Below are positions 26,520 through 40,539 of a DNA stretch of 64,000 nt, in pieces; within the stretch, counting starts at the first letter, position 1; each line of letters starts with the position of its first letter. This DNA is from Octopus sinensis. Taxonomy: Eukaryota. The position numbers and the translations under genes were made by a program. The stretch covers positions 39,928,001 to 39,992,000 of the forward strand of contig NC_043013.1 in NCBI RefSeq assembly GCF_006345805.1. Direction: 5' to 3'. A model generated the notes under the pieces. The model worked only from the letters and a program-made list of their open reading frames with translations, was not told the DNA's origin and did not search any database.

Positions 26520-28705
26520 TCAAATGCATTTACCAGACATATTTACTATAATAAACGGAGGTTGTATTGCCATAAGTCTGTAAGATGAAGAATAGAAGCA
26601 GGGGATATTTCGAAGTGAATCAGCCAGGTCAGGACCATGTCGCTACTCAGCACTGAAGATAAGATATTTTTCAGTATCTTGGGCCGTCGGCTCGCAAGCT
26701 TTTTCTTACAGAACAAGTATATAGATACATCGGTACATAAAGGTGGGAGAGCTGGAACACGTGGCTGCCTAGAGCATATGGGGGTGGTCATGCAGTTCTG
26801 AATGTAAACAAAGAGAGATAAAGGAGATCTGGTGGTTCTGTCGTTGGACCTTGCAAATGTGTATGCGTCCATGCCACATAAGCTGGTAGAAGAGGTTCTT
26901 CAAATGCACTACGTCCCCAGGAAGATCATCTTGATTTTGGATTACTATCGCATCACCCAGATGAGTGTCACCTCTGGTACTACAACATCCAAGTAACACA
27001 GATTGGAAAAGGATATTATAACTTGCTGGGCCATCTCGGTAACCCTTTCCGCTCTCGCCAAGAAGATGATGGTCAGGTCAGCAGTGTAAGAGTGCTAAGG
27101 ACCCCATATGAAATCTGAGTGCAATGGCTACAGTTGAATGTCTTCGTGAACGACTTGATTGTAGCATCAACAGGACTCGAGAAGATTATTTCATAGACAA
27201 TGATGAGCTTCAAATCATCAAAATCGAAGATTCTTGTGTTAAAGGGGAGAGAAATGGAAAAGCTTCGCTTCATCTTGTCTGGCACTGCCATTAGAACAAC
27301 CACTCAAGGGCTTGGGAAAACTCTTTGACAACAGCCTGAGGGACACAGTTTCCATACGCAGAACCTCAGAACCTATTAAAGATGACACATCTGGATCTCA
27401 CGGTCTCTTTAAAGTGTGGGTGTACGAGCATGCCATCCTGACCAGCATTTTGTGGCTCCTGACATTTTACGATATCAACATGTAAACTTTGGAAACCTAG
27501 GGGTGGAAGTTTAGCAGATTTTTTTGAGGAGGTGGCTTGGCTTACCAAGGAGCCTACACAGCAGCGCCCTGTACGAGTGAATGACACCTATTCATAGGCC
27601 TCTCAGAGGAGTTCATAGCGTCAAGAACAAGAAAGGCCATACAATACAGAGATTCCAATGACACAAGGTAGCAGGAATTGGTATTAAAGTTTTCCCAGGT
27701 AGGAAGTGGAGTGCTGCCAGTGAGTTGCAGGCGGCAGAGGTCTCTGGTTGGGACTGTGGTGATAGCACACTCAGGTTTGAACTACTTCTCAATTCGCCAG
27801 ATTGAAAGCGCTAAAGGTTAAGGGCGACAACATCTGCTCCAAGAAGGTCGCAAAGGTATTGAAGAAGCAAGAGCTTGCAGAATGGTGGGACTCAGCCAAT
27901 AGGGAGCCAGGATAGGATGGGCCAATATACAGCGGCGGAACATCAGCTTGTTGGATCTCTGGGATGGAGGAGGACATCCAGCGTATCAGATTTCTTCGAC
28001 ATTTTACCAAGTCAAATAAAAACCCCACAATTAGGCTAGAAGTGGATCACCATCCTGTCTCTTGTGTATTGAAAGAGAGAGCCTACAACATCTCCGCAGT
28101 TTGTGGCTTAGTGGTTAGGGTGTTGGACTCATGATCGTAAGATTATGCTTTCTATTCCCGGACCGGGCAATGCGTTGTGTTCCTGAGCAAAACACTTTAT
28201 TTAACGTTGCACCTGCTCATTCAATTGGCAAAAATGAGTAATCCTGCCACGGACTGGCGTCCTGTCCAGGTGGGGAATTTATTCGTTAAGAAACTGGTAA
28301 ACCTTGTGAGTTGGCATGATTTGAGAAGATAACTTTACCATTACCTAACTCCTCCGTAGCTGCTCCAGAGCTTTAGCCGATGTCCGCTACTGCTGGCGGT
28401 ATGACCAGTTGCTCAAGGTGATATCAACATCCATCAAATCCTGTAAACACCACTCCAGGAAAGATTCCATCACTTTTCTCAGACTTGGAGAGCAAGCCCA
28501 TTCACTGAATTTTCCAAGACCCAGACACAGTGATCTTCTCAAATTCCACTAAATAGTTTGATCATGTGGGAAATGACTGTGCTGTGGGAGGACCACATGG
28601 AGGAAGCTCATGAGAAAAAGCTTGCCAAATATCAGGAGTTGGCAGAACTGCGCAGAAATCGGGGCTGGCGTGCATGTTGCGAGGCAATAGAAATGCGTTG
28701 GTATG
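26520..28705 (+). mobile_element. Degraded Hero-like RLE-type LINE (RT, CCHC, restriction-like endonuclease), 5'-truncated, interrupted by a SINE
   Basis: RTMSLLSTEDKIFFSILGRRLASFFLQNKYIDTSVHKGG..GCLEHMGVV..KGDLVVLSLDLANVYASMPHKLVE (RT); RYCWRYDQLLK; [32 protein letters not shown] (PD-(D/E)xK RLE); many stops. Confidence 0.8.
28088..28335 (+). mobile_element. tRNA-derived SINE family D inserted in the Hero-like LINE
   Basis: gtggcttagtggttagggtgttggactcatgatcgtaagattatgctttctattcccgg (A/B-box-like head); LINE frames resume on both sides. Confidence 0.8.
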
Positions 28706-28786
28706 TGCTCACGTACGAAACTCAACTCCCTTGAGTCACTACTGTTTATTAGTAAATAAAATATACACGCACACACACACCACACA

Positions 28787-28824
<38 letters not shown>

Positions 28825-28980
28825 TATATACATATACATATATATATACATATATATATACACACATACATATATATATACATACATATATATGTATATA
28901 TATTTATATACATATATATACATACATATGCATGTTTGTATATATATATACATACATACATACATATATGTATTTATATA

Positions 28981-29011
<31 letters not shown>

Positions 29012-29030
29012 GTGTGTATGCATATATATG

Positions 29031-29073
<43 letters not shown>

Positions 29074-29720
29074 GTGTGTGTATGTTTACACCTAAAAAAC
29101 CCTCATCAATTGATTGATAACGACAGAATCAGTCTATTCATACTGTTCTTACTGCTTCGACATTATCTAACATATCGATTGATTACTGTGTAAGCATCCA
29201 CCGTCATCATCACCATCATCATCAGCATAATGGTCATCGTCGTCGTTGTCGTCATCATCATCATCAGCATCAGCAGCAGCAGCAGCAGCAGTAAGGTATG
29301 TCATCGTCGTTGTCGTCGTCGCTGCTGCCTCAAACCCGTCGCCCTCACCGGCGCAACCAAAACCATTGCTGCTGCAAGTACTACGACCTAACACATTTAC
29401 ACTACCACATTATTTACTACCACCACAACCACAACTGCCATTGCTAAAATCATCATCATTACAACCACCACTACAACCACCACAACTACCATAACCACTG
29501 CAAATACCCCTACTATTACAACCACAACCACCTTAACTACCACAACAACCTCTACCTCTACAGCCACCACAACCACCATAACACACTTTCTAAATGTCTC
29601 AAAGAGACATGAGCGGTGGTGGAGCGATTGATTGGTTGTATAATGTCAACGTAACGTGACAGTCCCGTAATTTCTGTGTGTACCCGTGTATATATATGCA
29701 TATGTATGTATGTATGTATG

Positions 29721-29825
<105 letters not shown>

Positions 29826-30008
29826 ATATATATATATATATATACATGCATACATATTTATATATATACATATATATGTATATATATGTATATATATATG
29901 AATATGTATGTATGTGTGTGTATATATATATATATACATACACGCACACATACACACACACATATATATATACATACATACACACACACACATATATACT
30001 TACATTAA

Positions 30009-30044
<36 letters not shown>

Positions 30045-30380
30045 TCATCATCATCATTGTTCGACCGTGGTCGAGACAATGGAATTTACCATGTTGCGCC
30101 AGACTTCACGGTCCATCATAGCATTACGGAGGTCCTGTTGCTGGATGCCTGTATCCCTGGAGATTACATCAGGGTAGGAGAGTGTGCGCCCTCTGGTGTT
30201 GCGAGTAGATGGCTTCCAGAGGAGAAGAGTAGAAATTACTTCTTTTTCAGCTCGACAACATTGTCCAGCAAACTGGACTCTCCTACCCTTCACAAGAGAT
30301 GACACAGGTGGTAATTTCCCATATATTTGCATTTTAGTTGGATGGCGCCTCCACGACAGATTTTGAGCTCTCATAAGGAG
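30045..30380 (-). mobile_element. 3' end of an RTE/RTEX-like LINE with (GAT)n tail
   Basis: [71 protein letters not shown] followed by a tgatgatga tail. Confidence 0.75.
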
Positions 30381-31304
30381 AGTATGTATATATACACACA
30401 TACATATATATATATACATACATATATATGTATATATATTTTTATATACATATATACATACATATGCATGTTTGTATATATATATACATACATACATACA
30501 TATATGTATTTATATATATATATATATATTATATACATATATATATATGTGTGTATGCATATATATGTATATATATATTGTGTGTGTGTGTGTGTATGTA
30601 TGTATGTGTGTGTGTGTATGTTTACACCTAAAAAACCCTCATCAATTGATTGATAACGACAGAATCAGTCTATTCATACTGTTCTTACTGCTTCGACATT
30701 ATCTAACATATCGATTGATTACTGTGTAAGCATCCACCGTCATCATCACCATCATCATCAGCATAATGGTCATCGTCGTCGTTGTCGTCATCATCATCAT
30801 CAGCATCAGCAGCAGCAGCAGCAGCATAAGGTATGTCATCGTCGTTGTCGTCGTCGCTGCTGCCTCAAACCCGTCGCCCTCACCGGCGCAACCAAAACCA
30901 TTGCTGCTGCAAGTACTACGACCTAACACATTTACACTACCACATTATTTACTACCACCACAACCACAACTGCCATTGCTAAAATCATCATCATTACAAC
31001 CACCACTACAACCACCACAACTACCATAACCACTGCAAATACCCCTACTATTACAACCACAACCACCTTAACTACCACAACAACCTCTACCTCTACAGCC
31101 ACCACAACCACCATAACACACTTTCTAAATGTCTCAAAGAGACATGAGCGGTGGTGGAGCGATTGATTGGTTGTATAATGTCAACGTAACGTGACAGTCC
31201 CGTAATTTCTGTGTGTACCCGTGTATATATATGCATATGTATGTATGTATGTATGTATATATATAATATATATATATATATATTATATATATATACACAC
31301 ACAA

Positions 31305-31358
<54 letters not shown>

Positions 31359-31571
31359 ATATATATATATACATGCATACATATTTATATATATACATAT
31401 TATATATATATATATTATATATATATATATATATATATGTGTGTATGCATATATATGTATATATATATATACATACACGCACACATACACACACACATAT
31501 ATATACATACATACACACACACACATATATACTTACATTAATACATACATATATACATATTATATATATAT

Positions 31572-31905
31572 ACATCATCATCATCATTGTTCGACCGTGG
31601 TCGAGACATGGAATTTACCATGTTGCGCCAGACTTCACGGTCCATCATAGCATTACGGAGGTCCTGTTGCTGGATGCCTGTATCCCTGGAGATTACATCA
31701 GGGTAGGAGAGTGTGCGCCCTCTGGTGTTGCGAGTAGATGGCTTCCAGAGGAGAAGAGTAGAAATTACTTCTTTTTCAGCTCGACAACATTGTCCAGCAA
31801 ACTGGACTCTCCTACCCTTCACAAGAGATGACACAGGTGGTAATTTCCCATATATTGCATTTTAGTTGGATGGCGCCTCCACGACAGATTTTGAGCTCTC
31901 ATAAG
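31572..31905 (-). mobile_element. Duplicate of the RTE/RTEX-like LINE 3' end
   Basis: Same peptide as 30045-30380 with single-base indels. Confidence 0.75.
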
Positions 31906-31958
31906 GAGAGTATGTATATATACATACATGACACACACACACCACACCATATATATAT

Positions 31959-32008
<50 letters not shown>

Positions 32009-32129
32009 CATACATCTAGCAATGTAAGGGCTTTGGAAACCTCAGATACAATTAGCGACGATTATTTTTTTATTCCTTTGTGTTATTATATTGCGCCTCG
32101 CTGTTTATATTAATTGATATTTATTTATT

Positions 32130-32352
32130 CGCTTTATTTGACTCTAGTTCTTCGACTGCAGACATGTTGGAGACCGCCTTAAAGGGTTTCAGTCGAAGAA
32201 ATCGACCCCAGGATTTTATTCTTCGTAAACCCAATATTTATTCTATCGGTCTCTGTCGCAGAACTGGGACATAAATACATTACAAACACATTCAGCAACG
32301 ATTGTCAAGCGATGGCGGGAGGACCGAAACACACACAAACATACATACATAC

Positions 32353-32434
<82 letters not shown>

Positions 32435-32545
32435 CGACGGGCTTCTTTCAGTTTCCATCTCACAAATCCACTCACAAGGCATTGATCGGTCCGAGGCTAT
32501 AGTAGAAGATACTTGCCCAAGGTGCCACGCAGTGGACTGAACCCA
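32130..32545 (-). mobile_element. SINE family A
   Basis: Reverse-complement core and tail with internal (TA)n. Confidence 0.8.
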
Positions 32546-32612
32546 GAACCCAGCTTCTTTCCATCTACCCATGTCTGCGCCTACATAAAATATATATATA
32601 ATATATATATAT

Positions 32613-32646
<34 letters not shown>

Positions 32647-32791
32647 ACTTTCTAAATGTCTCAAAGAGACATGAGCGGTGGTGAAGCGATTGTTTTTGTA
32701 TAATGTCAACGTAACGTGACAGTCCCGTAATTTCTGTGTGTACCCGTGTATATTATGCATATATATGTATGTATGTATATATATATATATA

Positions 32792-32835
<44 letters not shown>

Positions 32836-33945
32836 CATATACAAATATATATAAACACACATGCACTCACACACACACATCGACACACACGCACACATGC
32901 ATACTTGTAGATGTGTTTATCATTATACATACATTTGTATGAATATGTGTTTGTATGCGTGTGTGTGCTCGCGAGCGTATATATGAATGTATGTGTGTTT
33001 ATGTATGTGTTTGTGTATCTGTATGTGTGTGTATGTATATATGTGTCTATGTGAGGGTGTGATTTTCATTTCGCTCGTTATCAAGCTTAGCTATATAAAA
33101 TCGGAGATAAGTGCTTGAAATTATGTTTATTGGTAACACACGCGCATGCGCACGAACGCAGCGCGCGTTCGAACACACGCACGTACATACAGGTAATGCG
33201 AGAGTGTAGGTGCGTGTGGTATGTGTCTGTCTCTTTACACACACACGCACACACTTATATACACACACACACACATATATATATTGATATATATTTATGT
33301 AATATAATATTATTTCTATATATAATATATGGTATATAATATATATATTATCACATACATACAACACATATATATATATATATATATACACACACACGCA
33401 CACATATTATACATAGATGTACTTATTTAATTATTTCTGTATACGTAATACATGTAGATATGTGCATGCATATGTATGTGTGGAGGTATACACATACAGT
33501 ACATGCACACGGGCGTTTGAGCGTACACACACACACACACCACACACACACACACAACACACACACACACATACACACACACACACCACACACACACACA
33601 CTCACCTCACACACAGACGTGCACCGTAAGCATAAAATGTATGTTTATATCTCCATGTATGCATGCTTTCAGGTAAACATATATACGAGTTTGTTTTTTG
33701 TGTCTGGGTGTGTGAGTATATAGACGTATATAGATGTATATAGATGTATATGTATATATGTGCAATTATTATATTTATGTATATGTTGCAATACGCTTTG
33801 TATACGCATGTATCGCATAAGTATGCATTTATACGTATTCAGGATTGTCTATGATATATATATATACATACATGCATATATATATATATATATATATAAA
33901 TATATATATTATATATATATATCATATATTATATATATACATATA

Positions 33946-34042
<97 letters not shown>

Positions 34043-34322
34043 GTCTTATCTGTGTCTGCATATGCAACAGTGACTTAGTGACTTATATGTGTGACATGTA
34101 CAGCACACAACACAAGCAGCAGCTGTAATAGTAGTAGTAGTATTAGTAGTAGTAGAGTAGTAGTAGTCAAAAACGTAGATATGTTTAAAATTTCAAATGC
34201 CTACAGGATTATGGATACATGTGCATATATATATATATATACACATATATATATGTGCATATATGTATGTACGCATGTATGTATATGCACATGCATTTAT
34301 ATATATATATGGGGCGATATGT

Positions 34323-34378
<56 letters not shown>

Positions 34379-34606
34379 ATATACACACAAGCATGTAGGC
34401 ATGTATATATAAATACATATATGTGTGTATGTACACAAGCATATAGACATATTATATATATATATATATCATACATATACACCCACACCACACACGTGTA
34501 CACAAGATTATACACGCACATACACGGACACATATTCTCGTGTACACATCTACACATATAGACAGACGTAAGTGTGTGTGTGTATGTGTGTTTGTATGTG
34601 TGTGTG

Positions 34607-34645
<39 letters not shown>

Positions 34646-35351
34646 TAACTGTGTTACCTTTTACTTGTACAGATTGATACACACATACACACACACACAT
34701 ATGATATTAAACTTAAATAGATCTCCGTCAACTATCAATGATGACTGTTCAAGTGATCGATCAGGTGAACTACATTTTATTGAATTAAAATATACGAGTG
34801 GTCGAGTGTTCCTCAGAAACATGTAATTAATCCTCAGGTACTCAGATAGAACCACTGTGAAACACCACGTGACAAAACAATTACAATCCACCTTGCCAGG
34901 CTACCGCTCAGATTCCACCCACCCAGCTTCACTCTGGTAGCTGAGACCTCATGGTAAGGAATAGAATACCTGCCACAAGAGCCACCATACCAAAACTTCC
35001 TAATTATGCAGTGAATATTTGTTAACTTTTCGGCGGTACCGCACAACAGAAAGATAGAGAGAGAGAGAGAGAGAGAAAGGGAGAGAGAGAGAGAGAAAAA
35101 GGGAGAGACAGAGAGAGAGAGAGATGTTTGCATTCACTTCCCGCTTTCTATATAAGGTGAATATATTGTGCTGTTCACTGGGGAAGAAACTTGGGTATTG
35201 CTTCTCTGAGGAACGGTCAACACACTGTGAAACGGTCAGTAAGGAAACTTACCGACTCTTTTTTTTTCTTTCCGCACATGAAAAACGTGGAAGAAATACA
35301 CACACACACGCATGTACACACACGCACGCACGCACACACACACACACACAC

Positions 35352-35383
<32 letters not shown>

Positions 35384-36244
35384 GTACAAACGCACACATA
35401 TATCAATTTATTGAGATCTTTGACATTTATAGATTCAGAAAGGGAGAGATGGTCTCAGGGGTCGCAAAAAGATTAAATTCCTGATCTGTTTGTCAATACA
35501 TCTATCTTTCTATCTATCCATCTATCAATCGATCTATCTGTTTATTTATCCAACTATCTGTCTCTCTGTTTATGTATTTATCTAGCCATCCATTTATCTA
35601 TTTATAGTCCAGTTTATCACTCTATCCATCTATTTATCTATCTATTTATCTTTATCATCCTGTCTGTCTATCTATCACTCTATCTATCTATCTATCTAGT
35701 CTATATATCTGTCTGTCTATCTGACTATAAGAATATTGATCGATTGATACTGATGTCGAACCAACAAATATCGATTAGCTTAAGGTTAACGTTCTGAATC
35801 ATAGCTATACAACTTAACAAAGATAGTATCCGAACTTTGGGACGCGTCAGCTAGGAAGTATTCGCCCGTCTATTATGAGAACGTCACTGTAACAAAAGAC
35901 CCGAGAAAGTCACTACTGTCACTGGTTACAACGGCAAATATGTTTTTGTTTTTGCTGTTATTGGTGGTGGTGGTGGTAGTCTGCTGCTGCTGTTGCTGCT
36001 GGTTTAGGCCCAGGTTATTGTTGTTTAGACCAACGTCAGGGTGATGATACGAAATTAGGAGTCACTGAACGCTTGAGCTTTAGGAAAGAAATTTGACAGA
36101 CAGAATGTAGAAGACAACTATACGTGTTGGTATATATGTTATTCACCGTTTGAGAATAATTTCCGTATCTGTATAATTACATATGTGTGTGTGTCTGTGT
36201 TAGTTTTAATTATATTAATATTATTATTATTACCATAATTATTA

Positions 36245-36474
36245 AGGCGGCAAGCTGGCAGTATCATGAGCACGCTCGGTAAAATGCTTAGCGGCATTTC
36301 GTCCATCTTTACGTTCTGAGTTCAAATTCCGCCGAGGTCGACTTTGCCTTTCATTTTTTGGGTGTCGATAAGTTAAGTACCAGTGAAACACTGGGGTCGA
36401 TGTAATCGACTACCCTCCCCCCTCCCCCCAAATTTCAGTCCTTATGCCTTTAGTGGAAAGGAATATCATTATTA

Positions 36475-36526
<52 letters not shown>

Positions 36527-36670
36527 GCCCAGGTCAACTTGCCTTTCATCATTTCGGGGTCGATAAATTAAGTACCAGTTACGCACTGGGGTCGATGTAA
36601 TCGACTTAATCTCTTTGTCTGTCCTTGTTTGTCCCCTCTGTGTTTAGCCCCTTGTGGGTAGTAAAACAAC
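36245..36670 (+). mobile_element. Two SINE family B copies separated by (ATT)n
   Basis: Diagnostic blocks at 36245-36470 and 36525-36670. Confidence 0.85.
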
Positions 36671-36779
36671 AGATCATTATTATTATTATTATTATTATCA
36701 ATGCCTCAAAGTTGACGGCTTCCTCTGAGGTTCACCCTTAGCTGAGCTGTTCACGACTGATTTATACCTTATAAAATAT

Positions 36780-36970
36780 AACGGTTTCAAATTTTGGCAC
36801 AAAACCAGTAATATCGGATAAGTCGATTACATCGACCCCAGGACACAACTTGTCCTTATTTTATCGATCCCGAAAGGACTAAAGGCAAAGTCGACCTCGG
36901 CGTAAAGACGGACGAAATACCGCTAAGCATTTTGCCCGTCGTGCTAAAGATCCTGCCAGCAGGTCCCCTT
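36780..36970 (-). mobile_element. SINE family B, inverted relative to its neighbours
   Basis: aaggactaaaggcaaagtcgacctcggcg...gacgaaataccgctaagcatt...ctgccagc. Confidence 0.8.
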
Positions 36971-37554
36971 AGTGTGTAAAATATATTATTGCTTCTTTAC
37001 TTCACATTACTATGTGTATGCATATGTATATTTGTATGTATGTGTGTGTACGGGTGTGTGTGTGTGTATGTGTATATGAATGCATGTATGCATGCATGTA
37101 TGTATCTCTGTTATTCAGTTTTATTTCAAGATTTCTTGCCGATAGAGAATGAAACGGTCTTTACCCTAGATCCAAAGCACCTTCATTGAAATATCTACAT
37201 CAACAGGGTATTTTTGCATGTATGTATGTATGTACGTATATGTGCAGATTTGTTTATTTTGTATTGTCATGCATATAGTTGCATGTCTAGGCAAGCTCAT
37301 ATATACCTAAGTGATAAACTTCTGGACGGTTCCAGTAATGATGACTTGGATCTATAGTTTCGAATCAGCTTATCCTTTCTGGTTTTGAGAAGCCTAATTT
37401 CTCAAGATCGGTAATTAGGCAGAGTGTTACATTTCCCAATGACCTAATAGTTACAGGTATAAACCTTGTATATACGTATGTATGTATGTATGTATGTATG
37501 TATGCATGTATGTATGTATGTATGTATGTATGTATGTATGTATGTATGTATGTC

Positions 37555-38100
37555 AGGTCACTTTCGGGTGCTACTGGTAACATGTACCCATCACACCTAA
37601 TTGATTGGTCAGGTCGTCGGCGACTAAACCGGCAACCCCACCAAGCTTGCTTGGTGAGAAAGGTGTTTATTGGACACCCTGCGGGATGAAAAATATTTAC
37701 CCGTCAAAGGGCGGAGGAACTCTTGAGAGTCAACGGCCATCCAATAAATGTCTTAGGGCTGTATCATGCGTGGGGACATAGTGAATACCCGATCGCGCGG
37801 TTAAACCATTGGGAGTGAAGGACTCCTAGCCTTTGTTAGGGCATCCTTCTAGGAGAAGGTAACTCAGATAACTGGGATAACTCCGACATAAAACCTGCGG
37901 TTCAGTGGTTACCGATGATGTTGACTTGTTCTTCTCTACGGATTATGGCTTCTGTTGCTTAGTGAGTGGGATTGACTCAGTGCACAGCCTTTTCTCACTT
38001 TAAAAAAAATCTTCTTGCACAGGCATTGCACGATAACAACATTGATTAAGCTTCGTGCAATGGCCATACTCGATAACGAGTGGGCAGCCACCATGTATGC
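37555..38100 (+). mobile_element. Putative RTE-LINE 5' UTR (orphan)
   Basis: GC-richer block with cttgagagtcaacggc...ctagcctttgttagggcatccttctaggagaaggtaactc, reminiscent of RTE 5' UTRs; homolog at 25600-26158. Confidence 0.45.
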
Positions 38101-38384
38101 ATGTATGTATGTATGTATGTATGTATGTATGTATGTATGTATGTATGTATGTATGTATGGAGAAGTTCGTCGGGGAACCCCTACTTGTTGAGTAGCAGAT
38201 TTACTCTATTACCTGGTTTAACACAAACAACTTAGATTTGGGTGCCTTAGCAAGCAGTTGTACCAGGTTCCCTGTCTAAGCATGGCTTCTTCCTTCCCTC
38301 CATCAATTATGTAGACCCTGAAAAAAACTGTCTGAACCCTGCCCTTTTTCGAAGTATTTGTAAAAAAAAATAATGAAACAAATA

Positions 38385-38792
38385 TGAGTGGCTGTGTAGC
38401 AAGTAGCTTGTTTACCAACCACATGGTTCCGGGTTCAGTCCCACAGCGTGGTAGCTTGGGCAAGTGTTTTCTACTATAGCCTCGGGCCGACCAAGGCCTT
38501 GTGAGTGGATTTGGCAGACGGAAACTGAAAGAAGCCCGCTGTATATATGTATATATGTTTGCATATGTGTATGTTTGTGTGTCTGTGTTTGTCCCTCCAA
38601 CATCGCTTGACAACCGATGCTGGTGTGTTTATGTCCCCGTCATCTAGCGGTTTGGCAAGAGGGACCGATGGAATAAGTAGTAGGCTTACAAAGAATAAGT
38701 CCTGGGGGGTCGATTTGTTCGACTAAAAGGCGGTGCTCCAGCATGGCCGCAGTCAAATGACTGAAACCAGTAAAAGAATAAAAGAATAAAAT
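38385..38792 (+). mobile_element. SINE family A, full length
   Basis: Head, core, microsatellite and tail aaaagaataaaagaata. Confidence 0.9.
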
Positions 38793-39564
38793 AATATTTC
38801 AGCATGCATACTTTAATGCGCTTGTGCGTGTATAAATATCAATTTGCCCCGATATGGATATGCATGTGTGACGAAACGTTTGCTTCATGAGAGCGTCACT
38901 TGTTTGTACGTGCATGTAGATAATGAGTGCACGTCCATAACAGATATTGATATATTTCAGGATTAAACCACTCGAGAGAACCTTTAATGTCAGTTCAATC
39001 GGGGTTAATTAATGCAGTATATGCACAATTTGTGCAATAGATGCGTAATAGCAACGGTGGTATTTGCTACAATTTTTTTCTTTCATTTACACAAATCCAT
39101 CGATGATTGTATCTTAAATAAACATGCTGCCTAAAAATAGTGTGATGTTCATGCCTTTCCTATTGAGTGATTGCCGTATGTTGTTTGCTTTCAGCTAAAG
39201 ATCGAAACCCGGTCGAGGGCTTTGCTCAGTCACCACTTATGTCGTTGTTGCTGTTTACCTCCAGGTAAAACCAGATCTAATAGGTCTATGATGAAAGATG
39301 TTCCAGCCATGACCTTTTCGTCTAATTTTATACAATGTAACTGTAACTGACCAAGACTACATTATTAAATGGTGTTCTTCCCTTTTTCTAAAGATAAAGA
39401 ACTTGACTGTTATTTCTAGCATGTAGTGTGGACACATAATAGTACCCTCGTTGGATCATGGCAACCTTTATTTTCAATAATGGCAAGCACCATAAATATT
39501 TACATATTTATTTCATTTTGCGTGTCAGGAGAAGGCTTCTGTTTTTTACATTGTATTCTAGACG

Positions 39565-39830
39565 CATGGCCTAATGGTTAGGATGTTACATTCGCGACAA
39601 TAAAGTCGTGGTTTCGATTCCTGGCTTGGACGGTGCATTAAGTTTCTTGAGAAAAACTCTTCACTTCACGTTGCTCTAAACCATTTAGCTGTAAATGAGG
39701 TCTAGCAATAGCAGGGAAGTTAATCCTGTAATAGACTGACGTCCTGTCCATGGGTAGTATTGTAGCATCTGTGATTCATAACCTCTCGAAACAAGGTTAA
39801 AGTCCGGCCTCGAGATCTAAGTTACTCCAG
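39565..39830 (+). mobile_element. tRNA-derived SINE family D
   Basis: gacgcatggcctaatggttagg...gtggtttcgattcctgg head; body similar to 28088. Confidence 0.65.
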
Positions 39831-40366
39831 GAAGTTGCGGACACCTCCATTAACATAGATAAGGAAGTGGGCATTGGATAATATAATTCTGCTTCTCCTT
39901 AAAAAAGGCAGGATGGCCACCGATGAATACTCGAGATTATAAAACAACAACAACAACTATAACGTCTTTGAGACAATATCTGAAAAATATCGAGATGGTC
40001 ACGCTGGAACGTCTTTGGTCATAGGCTCGTGACTCAAATCTGAGATGGGACTCAACAAGAGATAATATATCTCTCTTGAACCATATTCGTGTCTTAATAA
40101 AACTGGAGGGTTATATTTGGGAATGTAATCCTAGATACACTATGCCTGAAGATGGGTGGAACGGCTGACCTGAGGCTAAACAATAACATTAATCTGTTAT
40201 AATCAGATTCGGAGGCCTTCGTCAGACCACGATGACCATTCATCTCCACATAAATATGTGTGTATGTATGTGTGAGAGAGAGTCTGTGTGTGAGAGAGAG
40301 TCTGTGTGTGCGTGTGTGTATATATATATGTGTGCGTATGTATTTGTATGTATATGTATGTATGTA

Positions 40367-40447
<81 letters not shown>

Positions 40448-40539
40448 GCCTGGGGCGGGTATTTTGTAGAGGACTGGAAATTACTCATAGATGAAAGTTT
40501 CTTCTCTCTGCGCCACCGATGTTTATGCAAAGAAAAAAG

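Noticed and set aside
29167-29579. Pro/Thr-rich mucin-like ORFs (repeated at 30699-31114)
   Set aside because: Low-complexity (ACC/ATC/GCA)n tracts open in several frames on both strands, with no convincing splice sites.
35807-36045. Open + frame LYNLTKIVSELWDASARKYSPVYYENVTVT... followed by poly-V/C
   Set aside because: The second half is (GGT)n/(GCT)n and an inverted family C tail; no donor found.
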